A stretch of DNA of 64,000 nt. Origin: Utricularia gibba. Its lineage: Eukaryota > Plantae > Magnoliophyta. Both the position numbers and the translations under genes were made by a program. The stretch spans positions 3,100,001 through 3,164,000 of the forward strand of contig NEEC01000012.1 of assembly GCA_002189035.1 (NCBI GenBank), written 5' to 3'. Within the stretch, counting starts at the first letter, position 1, and the number at the start of each line of letters is the position of its first letter. The notes below the pieces were generated by a model, which ran no database searches, had not been told where the DNA came from, and saw only the letters and a program-made list of their open reading frames with translations. Below, one piece after another: positions 50,940 to 63,644 of the stretch.

Positions 50940-53341
50940 TGTGTTTTTTTTCATATTTTATAATTTTCTTAGTTAATTAGTAAAATATGCCACATTTCAT
51001 ATTAAATTGGCATAATACCTCATTTATGAATCAATTTTGTGTTAAATACCACAATGATATGTTTATATTGACAATTGATATTACTTTTATTTTTCATTTA
51101 TTTTTAATTATATTTGTAATCAATTTTATTCATATTAATAATATATATTTTTATATAAAAATCGAAATAAATTTATTTTAAAATATTCAATCGAAATTTA
51201 TTTAATATTCAAATATTCATCAAGTGAAATTACTATTTATAAAATTGATATTAAAGATATATTTTTATATTTAAAATTGATATAAATTAATTTTAATATA
51301 TTGTATCCAAATTCATTTAATATTGAAATATTTTACTAATCAAAAAACTATTTATAAAATTTAATATAGATACAATATTTTATATAAAATAGATACAAAT
51401 TGATTTTAATATATTAAATAAAGTCATTTAATATTAAATATTTAGTTAATCAAATAAATATTTGATAAAATCAATATTAATAACATTTTTTTGCAAATAA
51501 GTAGGCTCATTAGAAATATTCTTTTATCATAGTTCGGGTTTTATCCATTTCAACACATTCCTTGTATAATAGTTAATGTTAAACAAAATTTATACAAATT
51601 AATTTTAATATATATATATATATATATCTATATATCTTCTAATTTCAAAAACATTTGTATATATGCATATATATATACAATATATATATATGTATACATA
51701 TATATGTATATATTGTATATATGTATATATATAAATAATTTACAAAATTAATTTTAATATATATATATATATGATACAAATGATAAAAAATTAGTACTAT
51801 TTGGTAAAAAAATAAAAATGTATGTATATATATATATTACAAAGTTTTCTAAAATAAGATTATATATATGCAATTTTTTATTTTATTACAAATAATACAT
51901 AAAAATTAGGGCTATTTGGTAAAAAAAATAAAAATGTATGTATATATATATTACAAAGGTTTTTAAAATAAGACTATTCAAGAGTGTAAGTTTTCTAATC
52001 TCTTGAGTGGATTATTTTTATACATTCCAAACTCTTAAATAGATTTAACTTCAATCAGAGATTTAAATCGTTTGAAATAACCTCACATTTTTTTCTATGC
52101 AACTTGATGATTTAAAGGATATCAGTCTCTCATCTAAGCAGGTAAGTTTACAATACAAAAGATCTCATCTTTTTCCTTCGACATGAACCCGTCTTTTGAC
52201 TAATGTCCTTGGCATTATACATAGCAAGCACATGATGAAGAGAGACGCTGCAGATACATTCAATTCGTAGTCATTCAAAAGAAATTCAACGTAATGATGT
52301 TGATATTTTTGTGACAATTCATTTTCTACATATATATAATACATATATACAATACATATATGTATATATATATATGTATACAATACATTTGTACAATATA
52401 TATATATACACATATATATATACATATATGCAAGTTTTTTTTAAATAGGATTATAGAAATATGAGGACGGTCTAGTATGGATTTTCATATGTGCATACAT
52501 CTCAAAGAATCGTATACACTCATGCCACTTTTAGTGTGCATAGCTCTTGTGTTAAGGTATATGTATTATTTATACTCTTTTCCCCTTTGCCTACTTTATG
52601 TTGTCTCTCAAATTGTATTCATATTTTTTTCAACAACTTCTTGTGCAAGAGTATTTTACATTTCTGAATTCAACAAATAAGTAAGTTAATTAGGAGTATT
52701 CTTTTATTGTAGTTTATATTTTGTCAATTTTTATGTATTCCTTATATAGCAGTTAATGTTTAATATGATTTACAAAAAATTTCCTTGTTGAATTTTTTTG
52801 CTCATGAACTTGTTTCAGAAACGAGTTGAAAAAGCTCAAGGTATGTTTATTTTTAAGTTTTGAATTATATAAAACTTATCTTGATTAAAATTCAATGAGG
52901 ATGGTGGTGTAGGGTATTGGAGAGAAGAGAGCCACCTATATAATTGAACGCCGCGAAGATGAATCATTTAAGAGTGTAAGTTTTCTAGTCTCGGATTATT
53001 TTTATATATCACAGACTCTTAAATAGATTTCACTCCAATCAAAGATTGAAATCGCTTAGAATAACCTCACATTTTTTTCTATGCAACTTTATGATTTATA
53101 GGATATCGGTCTCTCATCTAAGCAGATAAGTTTAATACAAGAGAGCCCATATTTTTATTCTGACATGAGCCCATATTTTGACTAATGTCCTTGCAATTAT
53201 ACATATTAAACACGTGATGAAGAGATCCGATATAGTTACATTCAACTCATAGTCATTCAAAAGAAATTCAATATAATGATATTCGTATTTTTTTGACAAT
53301 TCATTTACTACTATTCTCCGGTCAAATTTACTGAGTTGCAA

Positions 53342-53398
<57 letters not shown>

Positions 53399-53727
53399 TG
53401 TAAATATTTTTGAAATAGTACTATATTTATATATATAATTAATGTTTAATATAATTTACACAAATTAATTTTAGTATATATATATATATATATAATACAT
53501 ATATACAATATATACATATATACACATATATACATACATATATTAAAATGTTTTTGAAATATTATTATATACATATATATATATATATATACATATATAT
53601 ATTGTATATATACATATATTATTATATACATATATATATTGTATATATATAGATATATATACAATTTTTTTTGTTACAAATGATACATAAAAATTAGTGC
53701 TATTTGGTAAAATGATAAATATATATA
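50940..53727. repeat. AT-rich tract with compound (AT)n microsatellites and a degenerate repeat unit AAAAATTAG..CTATTTGGTAAAA
   Basis: (TA)n arrays near 51605-51770, 52325-52430 and 53340-53660; unit copies near 51785, 51901, 53688 and (degenerate) 60326. Confidence 0.8.
51490..53252 (+). pseudogene. KIN10: Kinesin-10 (KIN10C/KIF22-like) C-terminal helix-hairpin-helix exons, tandemly duplicated relic
   Basis: Relic exons ~52518-52556, 52634-52680, 52819-52840, 52913-52975, 53087-53125 and 53205-53252 join to THATFSVHSSCVK|QLLVQEYFTFLNSTNKNELKKLK|GIGEKRATYIIERREDESFKS|LYDL*DIGLSSKQ|IKHVMKRSDIVTFNS*. A second copy of the last exons lies at 51977-52270. Confidence 0.85.
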
Positions 53728-56700
53728 TGTAACGACCCGAGAAGGGGGCCTAGGAGCCATGGTCGTTACCCCACCCAGAAACGTGGCCTGTCTCCTGGGT
53801 GGCTTTGGTTTGATTCGTTCAACCCACATGAACACGAGATTACCGGGGAATATCTTATTCATAAATACGGCAAAGAGGGTCCAACATAATCCACGAAATC
53901 ACATCATGAACATAAAGGAAAAGCACGAGCACAACAACTGCTTCTATTCCCCAGGCTCTCCGGTCCTCCGAGTTCACTCCGTCAGCCCCTCCGCCTCTCC
54001 GCCAGTCTCCGCACGACCAGAACCTTCACCTACACATAAGTTCGTAAGGGGATCAACATATGCATAGGGTAGACCACACTACCAACCATAAACACATCAG
54101 CTTAAGCATGGCACATATCATCGTAAGCATATCATCAGCACATATATCATAAGAGACCCATTGGTCACAAGGGGCGTGCATCCCGTGATGGCACATCACG
54201 TTACCGTCGGGAGGGACACCAGCCACGGTAATCCGTCCCAACCCCGCTCCCTTTGGAGCTCACGGCGATATCTACCCCCAAACTCACGTTGGGTTGCCGT
54301 CGGAGATACCTCGGCGAAGGGTCCGACCCCGCCCCTTCGGGCTCATCAACTTACGGCCCTTCGGCCCTTATTCGTACTTTCCGGCTCATGCTTCCCCTTA
54401 CCTTCGTGTGGCTCCTTCCCCTTCTGCCAAATCGTGACCTTCTCCTTCCATATCTCGGCATGGTGGCGCTCCTTCTCTGATTTCGAATGCCAAACCCGCC
54501 ACCATGCCAAGCCCTTATATCCTACCTCCTGACTGTTGGGTTTCTGAGCCCTTTCCTCTTCCAACCCTTCACCTTTCGGCCCAGTATATGAAAGGTCGGC
54601 CCTCTTACACTTCTTAGGCCCTTGGGCTCTTCTCCAACACCTCATTGGGCCAATCCACACTAGCCATGTCTCACCTAACACTTGGGCTCGCGACCACTCT
54701 CCGCCCAGCATCCAGCGCGTCACTCACCATCCCTTGGGCACGCATGCTTGCTCGATCGCATAGAGTCCCGTAGCTCAAGTGGGTCTCTCCCACGAGCACC
54801 CTTGGGGATCACCCAAGAGTTCGGTACACCTCTAACAAGAGTTGCACGCCGTGTTCGGATCAGACCGATTCGTTGCGCGCGGACCGCCAGGCAGAGGGGT
54901 TCCTCGTAGCCACTCTATGCACGTTCCCTTAGCTCCTTCACATGCTGTATCACCATCGAAACGCAACATACTTCTACCCGGGTTATGACATTCTCCCCCC
55001 TTAAAAAGGTTTCGTCCCGAAACCTTACCTGCAAACAACTCAGGGTGCTGCAGCCTCATCTGAACTTCTGTCTCCCATGTTGCATCTTCAGGGCCAAGGT
55101 TCGCCCACTGAATCTTCAACCATACAATCGGCCTCCCTCTCAAGGTAGTCACTTTTCTGCCTAAAATACGTAATGGGCGTACCCGATAGGTAAGGTTGTC
55201 AGCAATCCCGAATTCATCACCTCGTATCTCCCGCCCTGGGTCTGGTATCTGCTTCCTTAGTTGCGATACATGAAAAACATCATGCATCCCTGACAACCCC
55301 TTTGGTAAGGCCAACCTATACGCCAACTTGCCAATGCGTTTTGTTATCACATACGGTCCGATGAATCGAGGCCCTATCTTGCCAAACTTTGCGCTCCTTG
55401 TAAGTCCCCGCTGAGGTGACAGGCGCAAATAGACCTTGTCTCCCACCTCAAGGTCCATCGGTCGCCGCTTGATGTCCGCCCAGCTCTTCTGTCTGTCCTG
55501 TGCAACCTTAAGTCTCTCCTTAATCACCCTTACCTTCTGTTCGGCGTCCTGGACCAACTCAGGCCCCAATAGTGCTCGCTCCCCCACTTCGTCCCAGTGT
55601 AGAGGGGTCCTGCACTTCCTCCCATACAAGGCTTCGTATGGGGACATCCCCAAGCTCGATTGGTATCCGTTGTTGTATGCAAACTCCACCAAGTAGATGT
55701 GCTCATCCCAATCACCTTGGAACTCCAAAGCACAAGCCCGCAATAAATCTTCCACTGTTTGGATCGTCCGCTCAGACTGCCCATCCGTCTGGGGGTGCAT
55801 CGCAGTGCTCATGTTAAGCTTGCTGCCCAATGCCTCCTGGACCGCCTGCCACAACTTAGAGGTAAACCTGATATCACGGTCAGAAACAATGCTCATCGGT
55901 ACCCCGTGCAATCTTACTATCTCTACCATGTACTCCTTAGCCAAACGACTGATGCTCCACTTCGAATTAATTGGCAGGAAGTGAGCACTCTTGGTGAGGC
56001 GATCCACCACCACCCAGATCGCATCTCTTCCCATGCGGGTCCGAGGCAACCCTGTCACAAAGTCCATGGTGACCATCTCCACTTCCACTCAGGAATGCTC
56101 AAGGGCTGCAGCAGCCCGCCTGGCTTCTGATGTTCCGCCTTGGTACGCTGGCAGATCTGACACTTGCCCACGAATGTGGCAATACTCCGCTTCATCCCTG
56201 GCCACCAGAAGCTCCTCTTCAAGTCATGATACATCTTGGTGTTCCCGGGGTGCATGGTATATCCTGACTCGTGTGCTTCCCTCAGAATGCACTCCCTTAA
56301 CGTCCCTAGATCAGGCACCCATACTCTCCCATGCACTGTAATCGCCCCATCTGTCCTGATAGCGAAGGGAGCTCGCCCTTCTCGTGCCATGTCTTGTATT
56401 GGGCGTCCACTATCCTCACCCTGCGCCATCTTGATCTCAGCTAATAGGTCAGACGACGCATGGATGATAGTGGCCAGCATCCCTCCTGTTACAACCTCAA
56501 TCCCCATCCGTTCCATCTCTGAGCACAACTCCTGAATCGGAACGCTTCGGCTTAGGCCATCTGCCACAACGTTCGCCTTCCCTGGATGATAATTCACCGT
56601 CAAGTCATAGTCCTTAATCAACTCGAGCCACCTACGTTGTCGTAGATTGAGTTCCCGCTGAGTGAAGATATACTTCAGACTGTGGTGGTCCGTATAGAGC

Positions 56701-59700
56701 TCGCACTGCACGCCATAAAGGTAGTGTCGCCATGCCTTCAGAGCAAAGATAACTGCAGCCAACTCTAAGTCATGCACTGGGTAATTCTTCTCGTGATCCT
56801 TCAGTTGTCTGGAGGCATAGGCGATGACCCTATCATCCTGCATCAATACCGCCCCGAGACCCTTGCCGCTAGCATCCGTATAGACCACATACCCCTTCCC
56901 TTCTTGAGGCAGCGTTAGGACAGGGGCTGTGGTGAGCTCGTCCTTCAGTCCTGTGAAGCTCTCTTGGCACTGATCCGTCCACATGAATACCTTCCCTTTT
57001 TGTAATAGCTCCGTCAGTGGCTGGGCTTTCTGAGAGAAAGACTTGATAAACCGTCTGTAGTAGCCAGCAAGCCCCAAGAAACTCCGTACGTCCCCAATGT
57101 TCTTGGGTGTTGGCCACGCCACCACCGCCTCCACCTTCTTTGGGTCCACCTCGACCCCCTTGCCACTGATAACATGTCCAAGGAAGCTAATGTTTGATAG
57201 GTAAAACTCACATTTGCTCGCCTTAGCATATAGTTTCTTCTCGCGAAGCCGCTCCAATACGATCCGCAGATGTTCACCATGGGTGTCTTCGTCTGGGGAG
57301 TACACCAGTATGTCATCGATGAAGACGACCACGAAGCTATCAAGATAAGGTTGGAAGACCCTGTTCATTAAGTCCATAAAGGCTGCAGGGGCGTTGGTGA
57401 GGCCAAAAGGTAGCACCACGAACTCAAAGTGTCCATATCGCGTCCGGAATGCCGTCTTAGGAATGTCGCCTTCTCGTATCTTCAACTGGTGATAGCCTGA
57501 CCGTAAGTCAATCTTGGAGAACACCGTTGCCCCCTTCAATTGGTCAAAGAGATCATCAATCCGTGGTAGTGGGTACCTATTCTTGACTGTCACTTTGTTG
57601 ATCTCTCGATAATCCACACATAGTCTCAAAGTCCCCTCCTTCTTCTTAACGAACAGCACCGGGGCGCCCCATGGAGATGTGCTGGGGCGTATGAATCCTT
57701 TAGCCTGAAGATCTTCTAGTTGTGCCTTAAGTTCCTTCATCTCTGCTGGGGCCATACGGTAGGGTGCCCGCGAGATTGGTGCAGCACCTGGGGTTAACTC
57801 TATCTCGAACTCAATCTCCCTATCTGGCATTTGACCCGGTAACTCCTCTGGAAAGACGTCACTGTACTCCTGGATGAGGGCTCGAGCCCTCTCTGCTGGT
57901 GCACCTTCAGTGTCTTGTTGGGAGACGTAGGCCAACAAATAGCAGCCTGTTTCGCTCACCTGCCTTACCACTTCGTGTGACCCTCTGTTGGGGTGGTACT
58001 CCCATTTCCGCCCCATACTATCTTCGAGTTCCACCACCCTCTCTGCACAACTAATCCGTGCCTTATGCCTTCGTAACCAATCCAGCCCTAGAATGACATC
58101 CATTTCCCGAATATCCAGCCCTATCAGTGTCGCTGGGGCCTCCATCTCGCCCAACTGGATGGTGACCCCGTGATACCGCTTCTTACCAAACAATATCCCA
58201 CCACCCGGGGTCCTAGCTCTGAATTTTGTTCGCAGTTCCTCCCCAACCAAGCCCAACCGTTCCACACATTTCTCCGATACAAACGAATGCGTAGCTCCAC
58301 AATCGAATAAGGCGATAACTTCAGTATTAAAGAGTTTGATCGTACCTATGATGGCCTTGTCGTCGCGCTCCGCCTCAGTGCGGTCAAGGTAGTAGACACG
58401 CCCAGTGTTGCGGTTGCCCTGTTGCACGCCTTGTCCCTGTTGTGCTCCTGGCCCCGTCATCCGTGTGGGGCAGTTTCTTGCGAGATGTCCACTCTGCCCA
58501 CACGCATAGCATACTCCTGCCCGACACTCCCCTGCATGTCTTCTTCCACACTTTGCACAAATCGGATTGGATTGCCATCCACCTTCCCTTCTTATTTGCT
58601 GCACCACTTCGACCTTCCTTTCACCAGTACTCATACGCTTGTTCCGACCCTCATCCAATGCTGTCAACTCAGTTTCCACGAGCAAGGCCGACCTTAGTAG
58701 TTCCCCCATCGTCTCTGCTGCCACTGAGATGAGTCTCTCACGAAGTCTGGGCAAGAGAGCCTGTCGGAACTTCAGCACCATCAATTGCTCGCCCCCTGCT
58801 AACCCGGGCACCACCCGTGCCAGACGCTGATAGCGAGTGTGGAAGTCGTACACCGTCTCGCCAACACGCTGCCGAATAGCTTCAAACTCCGCCACCTTCT
58901 GGGTGATCACCACTGCGGGGTAGTAGCGATCAAGGAACTTCTTGCGGAAATCCTCCCAGTATACCGACCCATCAGACGTCCCAAGGCTCCTCCACCATCT
59001 CGCAGCATCGCCTACTAAGAAATCAGCAGCGATCCGCCCCTGTAGTTCTCTTGGGGTGTTGTGGATCCTCATATTTTGTTCTAGTTCCATGATCCACGAG
59101 TCTGCCTCATCAGGAGTCCCCCCGCTGAATGTAACCATGCGTCCCTTCTTAAGGCGCAGATAGTGGTTTCTCTCCTCCTCCTCGTAGGTCCTTCCCTGAT
59201 CTGTGTTGGGTGTACGTGCACCCACTGCAGCCACAATAGCTGCTGCCAGCTGCTCCATCCCACTAGGTGGAGTCTCCACGTTCCCTGCCACTGAATGCTG
59301 CTCTTCGTTGTTCAGTGATGGTGTTCGGTTCTCATTACTTGCACCATCCCCAGATGCCTATCACATAACTCAACTTGTTAGCATCATCGTACTTACCTGG
59401 GTGTCCCGGTCGTGTGGCGGAGGCTGAAGGAGTGACAGAGTGAACCTGGCTCTGATACCAAAATGTAACGACCCGAGAAGGGGGCCTAGGAGCCATGGTC
59501 GTTACCCCACCCAGAAACGTGGCCTGTCTCCTGGATGGCTTTGGTTTGATTCGTTCAACCCACATGAACACGAGATTACCGGGGAATATCTTATTCATAA
59601 ATACAGCAAAGAGGGTCCAACATAATCCACGAAATCACATCATGAACATAAAGGAAAAGCACGAGCACAACAACTGCTTCTATTCCCCAGGCTCTCCGGT

Positions 59701-60228
59701 CCTCCGAGTTCACTCCGTCAGCCCCTCCGCCTCTCCGCCAGTCTCCGCACGACCAGAACCTTCACCTACACATAAGTTCGTAAGGGGATCAACATATGCA
59801 TAGGGTAGACCACACTACCAACCATAAACACATCAGCTTAAGCATGGCACATATCATCGTAAGCATATCATCAGCACATATCGTCGTAAGAGCATAAACA
59901 CATATATCATAAGAGACCCATTGGTCACAAGGGGCGTGCATCCCGTGATGGCACATCACGTTACCGTCGGGAGGGACACCAGCCACGGTAATCCGTCCCA
60001 ACCCCGCTCCCTTTGGAGCTCACGGCGATATCTACCCCCAAACTCACGTTGGGTTGCCGTCGGAGATACCTCGGCGAAGGGTCCGACCCCGCCCCTTCGG
60101 GCTCATCAACTTACGGCCCTTTGGCCCTTATTCGTACTTTCCGGCTCATGCTTCCCCTTACCTTCGTGTGGCTCCTTCCCCTTCTGCCAAATCGTGACCT
60201 TCTCCTTCCATATCTCGGCATGGTGGCG
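53728..60228 (-). mobile_element. Ty3/Tekay LTR retrotransposon copy 2, 5' LTR truncated
   Basis: Near-identical to copy 1. Complete LTR 53728-54990 (1263 bp), PPT, gag-pol, PBS 59448-59460, partial LTR 59464-60228 ending abruptly in (AT)n. No TSD recoverable. Confidence 0.96.
54832..59291 (-). CDS. Gag-Pol of copy 2; frameshift at 56079-56080 in the integrase
   Basis: Continuous 1078-aa gag-PR-RT-RH ORF. CC here versus CCC in copy 1 (13432-13434) shifts the frame at [12 protein letters not shown]. Confidence 0.93.
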
Positions 60229-60593
60229 ATATATATATATTTATATTTATATATTTATATATTTATATATTTGTTTTAATGTTTTTGAATAAATGTTTGT
60301 TTTTATTTTATTAAAGATGATATACAAAAATTAGGATTATTTGATAAAAATATAAACAAAATAAAACTAATATGAAAAGTTTTTTGAAATATAGCTATTT
60401 ATTCAATTACTTATTTGGAGAGGGACTACTTGGTTATATTACCTTTATTTATTGCTCGAGTTCTGATGTTGGAGTCTTGAATTAATTTATAAATTAATTT
60501 ATAAGTGTTGTTCATGAATTCTTCTAGCACAGTTAATTATTTAGCAAGGATAAGTTATTATTAAATTAAGTGATTTAATCATATGGAAGGAAA

Positions 60594-62016
60594 TCAGGAT
60601 GAATTTCCAGTCAAGAAATCCTTGTCTTCCTCCAGCTTCTCCATTGCTAAAGCTTCCAAAGATATCTCCACGTCGATGCTTGTTCCGCCGCTCTTTCCGG
60701 GATACAGATACACCATTCCGTCGAAACGGTTGTTCATGCCGCTGCGAACAGACTCCGGCCGTCCCCATCCGAAATCAATGTCATACACCTTGAACCGTGG
60801 CGAGCTCCCGACGGCGACGCAGTTGACGCCGGCGTCCTTGAACTGGAAGATGATGGGGTTGCTCTCCCATTCCACGTTCCGCTTCTCGATCGCCGCCGCA
60901 TCGTGGGCTTCAATCGCGGATCTTATCAGCCCCGCGCCGAACTCCGGTGGGTTCCCGAGAACCAGACCGGTGGCTGTGACGGTAAAAATTGCCTGAATCA
61001 GGTTGCCGAAGTAACTATCCGGCATCGGAGGGGAGACCCTTTTGCGGCAGTCGGCGAAGACCGTGAAGACGGTGTAATCTTCAGGGGCGAGGCCGCGTGC
61101 GCGGCTGACGGCTTTCCAGATATGTGCGGATAACGATTGGAAAGTGGAAAACGGCTGCTTGTTCTCGCCGGAGTTGGCGTTTGATTTGATTTTGTCGATC
61201 GCAGCGGCGGAGAATTTAAAGACCTTTTCGCGGAGTTTGACGGCAGCCGTGTTGGCGTTGGCGTGCTCTGGGGCGTCGGACGGCTTGGAGAGGTTGAGGC
61301 TCAATCGAGTGTCCCGCACCTTGGTGCGTTCCAGGAAAGGTGCGGTGGAGATCGACTCAGACCCTCTACAAATTTCAGCCCATGAGCTCATAAAGTGCCA
61401 CGTGGACGTCCCATCCAGGATCGCGTGGTTGAACGCGCACCCGATCGCCACTCCGTCCTTGAGCTTCGTCACCTATTTTAAATTAATATAAATGATTTAT
61501 TATCCAAAAATAATTTTATTTGATTTATTTATTCGAGATGGATACCTGAAGCGCGAGGAGGGGGCGATGCATCCCCTCGACATTGAGGACTCCGTTGTAC
61601 GGAATCAAGTCCTTAAACTTGGAAGTCCCCTCCTCGACGGTGAGGTCATCGACGTCCATCTCCGGCGCGGCGGCGGAGATAAGCTCCACCCCATCCATCT
61701 CATCGTCGTACACCACCTTAAAGAACCCCTCCTGCTCATCCTTCTCCAGCCTCCCCGCCAGCTGATGGAACTCCCCCAGCACACCCTCCAGCCCATCCTT
61801 GAGACCCGCCACAACCCCATCGAAATCCCCGCCGCCGCCGCCGCTCCTGTAAACCAGAAGCTTCTGGTTGTAGAAGAAGCCCAAGTAGGGGAGATCGAAT
61901 GTCACCAGCTGACACTCCCTCCTCCCAACTGCCTTCCTCGGCTTCACGTTCGTCTTCCCCAGGACTGTCACCGCTTCAACTGCTCCGCCGTTGGTCTCCA
62001 GGTCTCCTCCGGCCAT
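60594..62016 (-). CDS. DCR: BAHD acyltransferase, DCR/PEL3-like; exons 62016-61546 and 61472-60594
   Basis: LVTFDLPYLGFFYNQKLL; HAILDG (HXXXD); DFGWG; YFGNLIQAIFT; WESNPIIFQFKDAGVNCVAVGSSPRF. The ORF-track start at 62133 is a GTG. Confidence 0.92.
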
Positions 62017-63644
62017 CGCAATACAAGTAACTGCTGGTGTGCGAGAGTTCCGGTTGGATGGGTTGTGAGAAGCGGAGGTGATTGTTATATGCAGTGAATT
62101 TGGAGGGCAGTTGTGGCCGTTAATGGCCTCCACCCGCCTTTACCAGCGCCGCAGTCCACAGCATTCATTGCCTTCGTTGTCGGTGCTTGACCGATCCCCA
62201 TGACACCTCCGATATAACTTTTAAAAAAATAATTGATTTTTTAAATTTTTTATACTATAAATGGTTGATATTTAATAATAAAAATTAATTTTAAATCAAT
62301 TATAAAAGTACCTAAATTATTCCAAACAAAATCCTTAGTCTACTCTCATACAAGCACAAATCCACAGGTTTTGATAGAAACCCTATGATTGTGTTTTGTA
62401 GATAATATTAGATGAGAAATGTTAATAGATATAATTTACGAAGAATTAAAATTTGATATCTTTCAACTTTGGAATATTTGAATCCTCCAAATAATAAGTA
62501 CATACTCGTGTTTTCGTATAAATAAAACGTTTATCATCTTTCATCAACCAAATCATATATCCCTATCTCATCTAATATAATTATTTGAATAGAATAACCA
62601 AACACATGCTACGGTGCTTAGTGTGAATCATCATCATCATTAAATCTATAATTTGCATCTAATTAAATTAAAAAATACACTTACTTAGGGATGTTAGAAT
62701 ATAAATTTAATCATAAATGAAAAATGTGGTGCACATGTGGGGAAACGTGTTCCTTAATGGCAAAGCATCCAATAGTTGGTAAGAAAAATAATGCCGTCAT
62801 GATTAAGTCAAGCTTGTTGCGTTGAGGGGACATCGGGAGTGGCACCAATAATGCATGCACTACTAAATGATGTCTCCATTATTATTGCCCCATTAAAAAA
62901 ATAAATAAATAAGAAAGGAATTCGAAATCATGATGTGGTTCCTAAACATAATTCGATGTCACCTCGCTATCAGGGATGTATTAAAAAAGTAATCGTCCTT
63001 TTTTTAATATATGATAACAGTAATCATCTTTTTATAAAAAATTGATGTTATTACGTGAGAAAGAAAGACACTATGGTTAATTTTATACATGACTAGTTCT
63101 TGCAACTTCACTAAACATGGCAACATGCATGTTGATTAATAGAGTTTTTAAACATGAATTTTTAATTTGATCGTTATTAAAATTATAAAAAAAATAGCAC
63201 TCTTCAATAAAGCGTTATTTAAATGAATATTACTTAACAAAATATATAATATATTATTAAAATATTCTAATTGAAAATTTTAAAAACAATTTTTTAAATG
63301 ATTCGAGTTGAGTCGGGTGAGTGTTTTCATGGGCCTGAAGCCCGAGGATCCAGTGGGAGGGCCCAGCTCATATATTGATTTTAGGGAAAAGAAATTAATT
63401 AATGCGTGTCTCGGGCAGGGTAGATTCCCTTTGCTTAGACCGGATAAACCCTGTCCGGTTTTCACGTATACTCCTCCACGTGCGCTGACTGGAGAGTAAA
63501 CAGTAAACACACGTGACCTGACACCTCACGCCGAATTTAAAAAAGGAAAAATAACAAAAGCAGCAGTTATTCAAAAAAAGAGGAAAGGGGCAACATAGAA
63601 AACGGAATCCAATTCCTGGACGCGGACACGGCACGGCAACACTT

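Noticed and set aside
52165-53395. Two similar minus-strand ORFs (…EFLLNDYELNV…) suggesting a novel protein pair or Copia gag
   Set aside because: They are antisense shadows of the duplicated kinesin-10 last exon, and their N-termini come from (AT)n repeats.
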